DNA of 64,000 nucleotides from an uncultured Anaerolineales bacterium (GTDB lineage Bacteria; Planctomycetota; Phycisphaerae; FEN-1346): NCBI GenBank assembly GCA_964526295.1, contig CAZGKW010000011.1, positions 3,515 to 67,514 of the forward strand, read 5' to 3'. Shown piece by piece: positions 62,957 to 64,000 of this stretch (position 1 is its first letter; each line of letters starts with the position of its first letter). The notes under the pieces were generated by a model. It saw only the letters and a program-made list of their open reading frames with translations, ran no database searches and was not told where the DNA came from. The position numbers and the translations under genes were made by a program.

Positions 62957-62993
62957 CCCCTCACCCCGGCCCTCTCCCGCCAAGGGGAGAGGG
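62957..62993. repeat. REP-like hairpin family A between convergent genes
   Basis: CCCCTCACCCCGGCCCTCTCCC-GCCAAG-GGGAGAGGG; reverse complement matches 27729-27762. Confidence 0.85.
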
Positions 62994-63010
62994 AGGTGAT
63001 GAGACAGCCC

Positions 63011-64000
63011 CTAACGCAAGCCGGTGCCAAGCGGCACGACGCCGTTCCACGTCCGTGTCACGCCCTCGAACGCCCCGGCCGACTCCTGGCCGCCCTCGGC
63101 CATCGCCGCGAACAGGTGCGTCGGCTCCCCTCCCTCGACCAGCAGGAACGGCCGCTCGACGTGCGACAGGCGCCGCGTGATGCCGTCGTCGAACGGCAGA
63201 AGCAGGCCGTAGGCCTTCGGTTCGGGCGCGAGGTGCCACCGGAGGCCGTCCGGCGACAGGAGGTGGGCACAGGCGTGCAGCTCGCCCGTGGCCGCCCCAT
63301 TGAGGTCCTTGGCGAGCATCTCGAAGTGGCCTTGCCCTGCGGGGCCCGCTTCACCGGACCCAGCAGGGCCGCCGGTCTCGAAGACGAACGGGTCCTCGAG
63401 CGACACGCCCCGAGCGTCGACAAGCGGCTCGTCGCTCCGCCACACGGGCCCGGCATCGAGGTCCTCGTAGATTGCCAGACCCAGCCGGCAGCCGCGGCCC
63501 CGGATGAAGCTCCGGTAGTAGAGGAGCAGGCGGCCGTCTGAGGCGACGCACGGCGACGGGTTCGTCACGACGTGCTCGTCCCACATCCCCGGGCGGGCCA
63601 CGAGGAGCGGCTGGTCGCGCCGCCGCCACGGGCCGCAAACGCTCTCCGACTCAGCGAAGCCGATGCGGATCCGCCGATACCACGGCCAGAACGCGGGGCC
63701 CTCGGCCAACTCCTCGGCCGACGGCTTCGGGCCGTCGAACGTCGTCCCGATGTAAAACAGGACGTACCGGCCCTGCCACCGGACGACCGTCGGGTTGTGG
63801 GTCATGCGGCCGTCCCAGTGCTCCGGGCCGCGGTCCCCCAGGACGACCTCCTCGAGGCGGTACGGCCCTTCGGGGCGGTCGGCCGAGGCCCGGACGACTT
63901 CCGAGTAACTCTGGTAGGCGGGCAGGAACTTGAGGCGCCCCGGCCAGCGGGCGGCGAAGAGATGGTGCCGGCCGTCCTCGCCCCGCACGGCCGACCCGCA
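63011..64000 (-). CDS. Five-bladed beta-propeller glycoside hydrolase (GH43/32/62/68/117/130 clan-like), 5'-partial
   Basis: Frame open to the window edge (CGSAVRGEDGRHHLF); HNPTVV, TNPSPC, EDPFVF, ERPFLL repeats with acidic residues at blade starts. Confidence 0.85.
   Translation of the reverse strand, partial: CGSAVRGEDGRHHLFAARWPGRLKFLPAYQSYSEVVRASADRPEGPYRLEEVVLGDRGPEHWDGRMTHNPTVVRWQGRYVLFYIGTTFDGPKPSAEELAEGPAFWPWYRRIRIGFAESESVCGPWRRRDQPLLVARPGMWDEHVVTNPSPCVASDGRLLLYYRSFIRGRGCRLGLAIYEDLDAGPVWRSDEPLVDARGVSLEDPFVFETGGPAGSGEAGPAGQGHFEMLAKDLNGAATGELHACAHLLSPDGLRWHLAPEPKAYGLLLPFDDGITRRLSHVERPFLLVEGGEPTHLFAAMAEGGQESAGAFEGVTRTWNGVVPLGTGLR

Noticed and set aside
1-64000. CRISPR array, rRNA, tRNA, transposase
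   Set aside because: No regularly spaced repeat-spacer units, recognisable stable-RNA signatures or DDE/HUH/tyrosine-recombinase motifs were seen.

Overview
A very GC-rich (roughly 70-75% by inspection) bacterial window. The protein families point to a PVC-superphylum organism, most likely Planctomycetota; this is an inference. It has three parts. (1) 1.3-29.7 kb and (3) 46.2-64 kb are arrays of large signal-peptide-bearing proteins built from a few shuffled modules: PQQ-like and other beta-propellers, five heparinase II/III-like (alpha-toroid plus beta-sandwich) proteins, two GH123-like/DUF-type paralogs, a PL14-like lyase, an FG-GAP protein, an HzsA-like diheme protein, a recurrent PA14-like sugar-binding module and an unnamed N-terminal beta-domain. 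(2) 29.9-45.9 kb is a cytoplasmic stress/carbohydrate-storage block: two GT4s, PRC-barrel, NarL-type two-component system, CBM48, GH65, P-type ATPase and PolX. It shows erosion, with a truncated DUF502 gene and an apparent ligA'-'gap deletion chimera. The best candidate for an undescribed system is at 50.9-58.8 kb. There an ExbB/ExbD motor pair is co-transcribed with a single-TM protein that has a TonB/TolA-like transmembrane His but a PA14-like carbohydrate module instead of a TonB C-terminal domain, and the trio sits between two lyase-like paralogs with no TonB-dependent receptor in the window. Also seen: a divergent control region with three sigma70-like promoters and a perfect 14-bp inverted repeat, a frameshifted first gene, and three REP-like repeat families. 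No rRNA, tRNA, CRISPR array, integrase or transposase was recognised. All family calls come from motif recognition by eye, not database searches.
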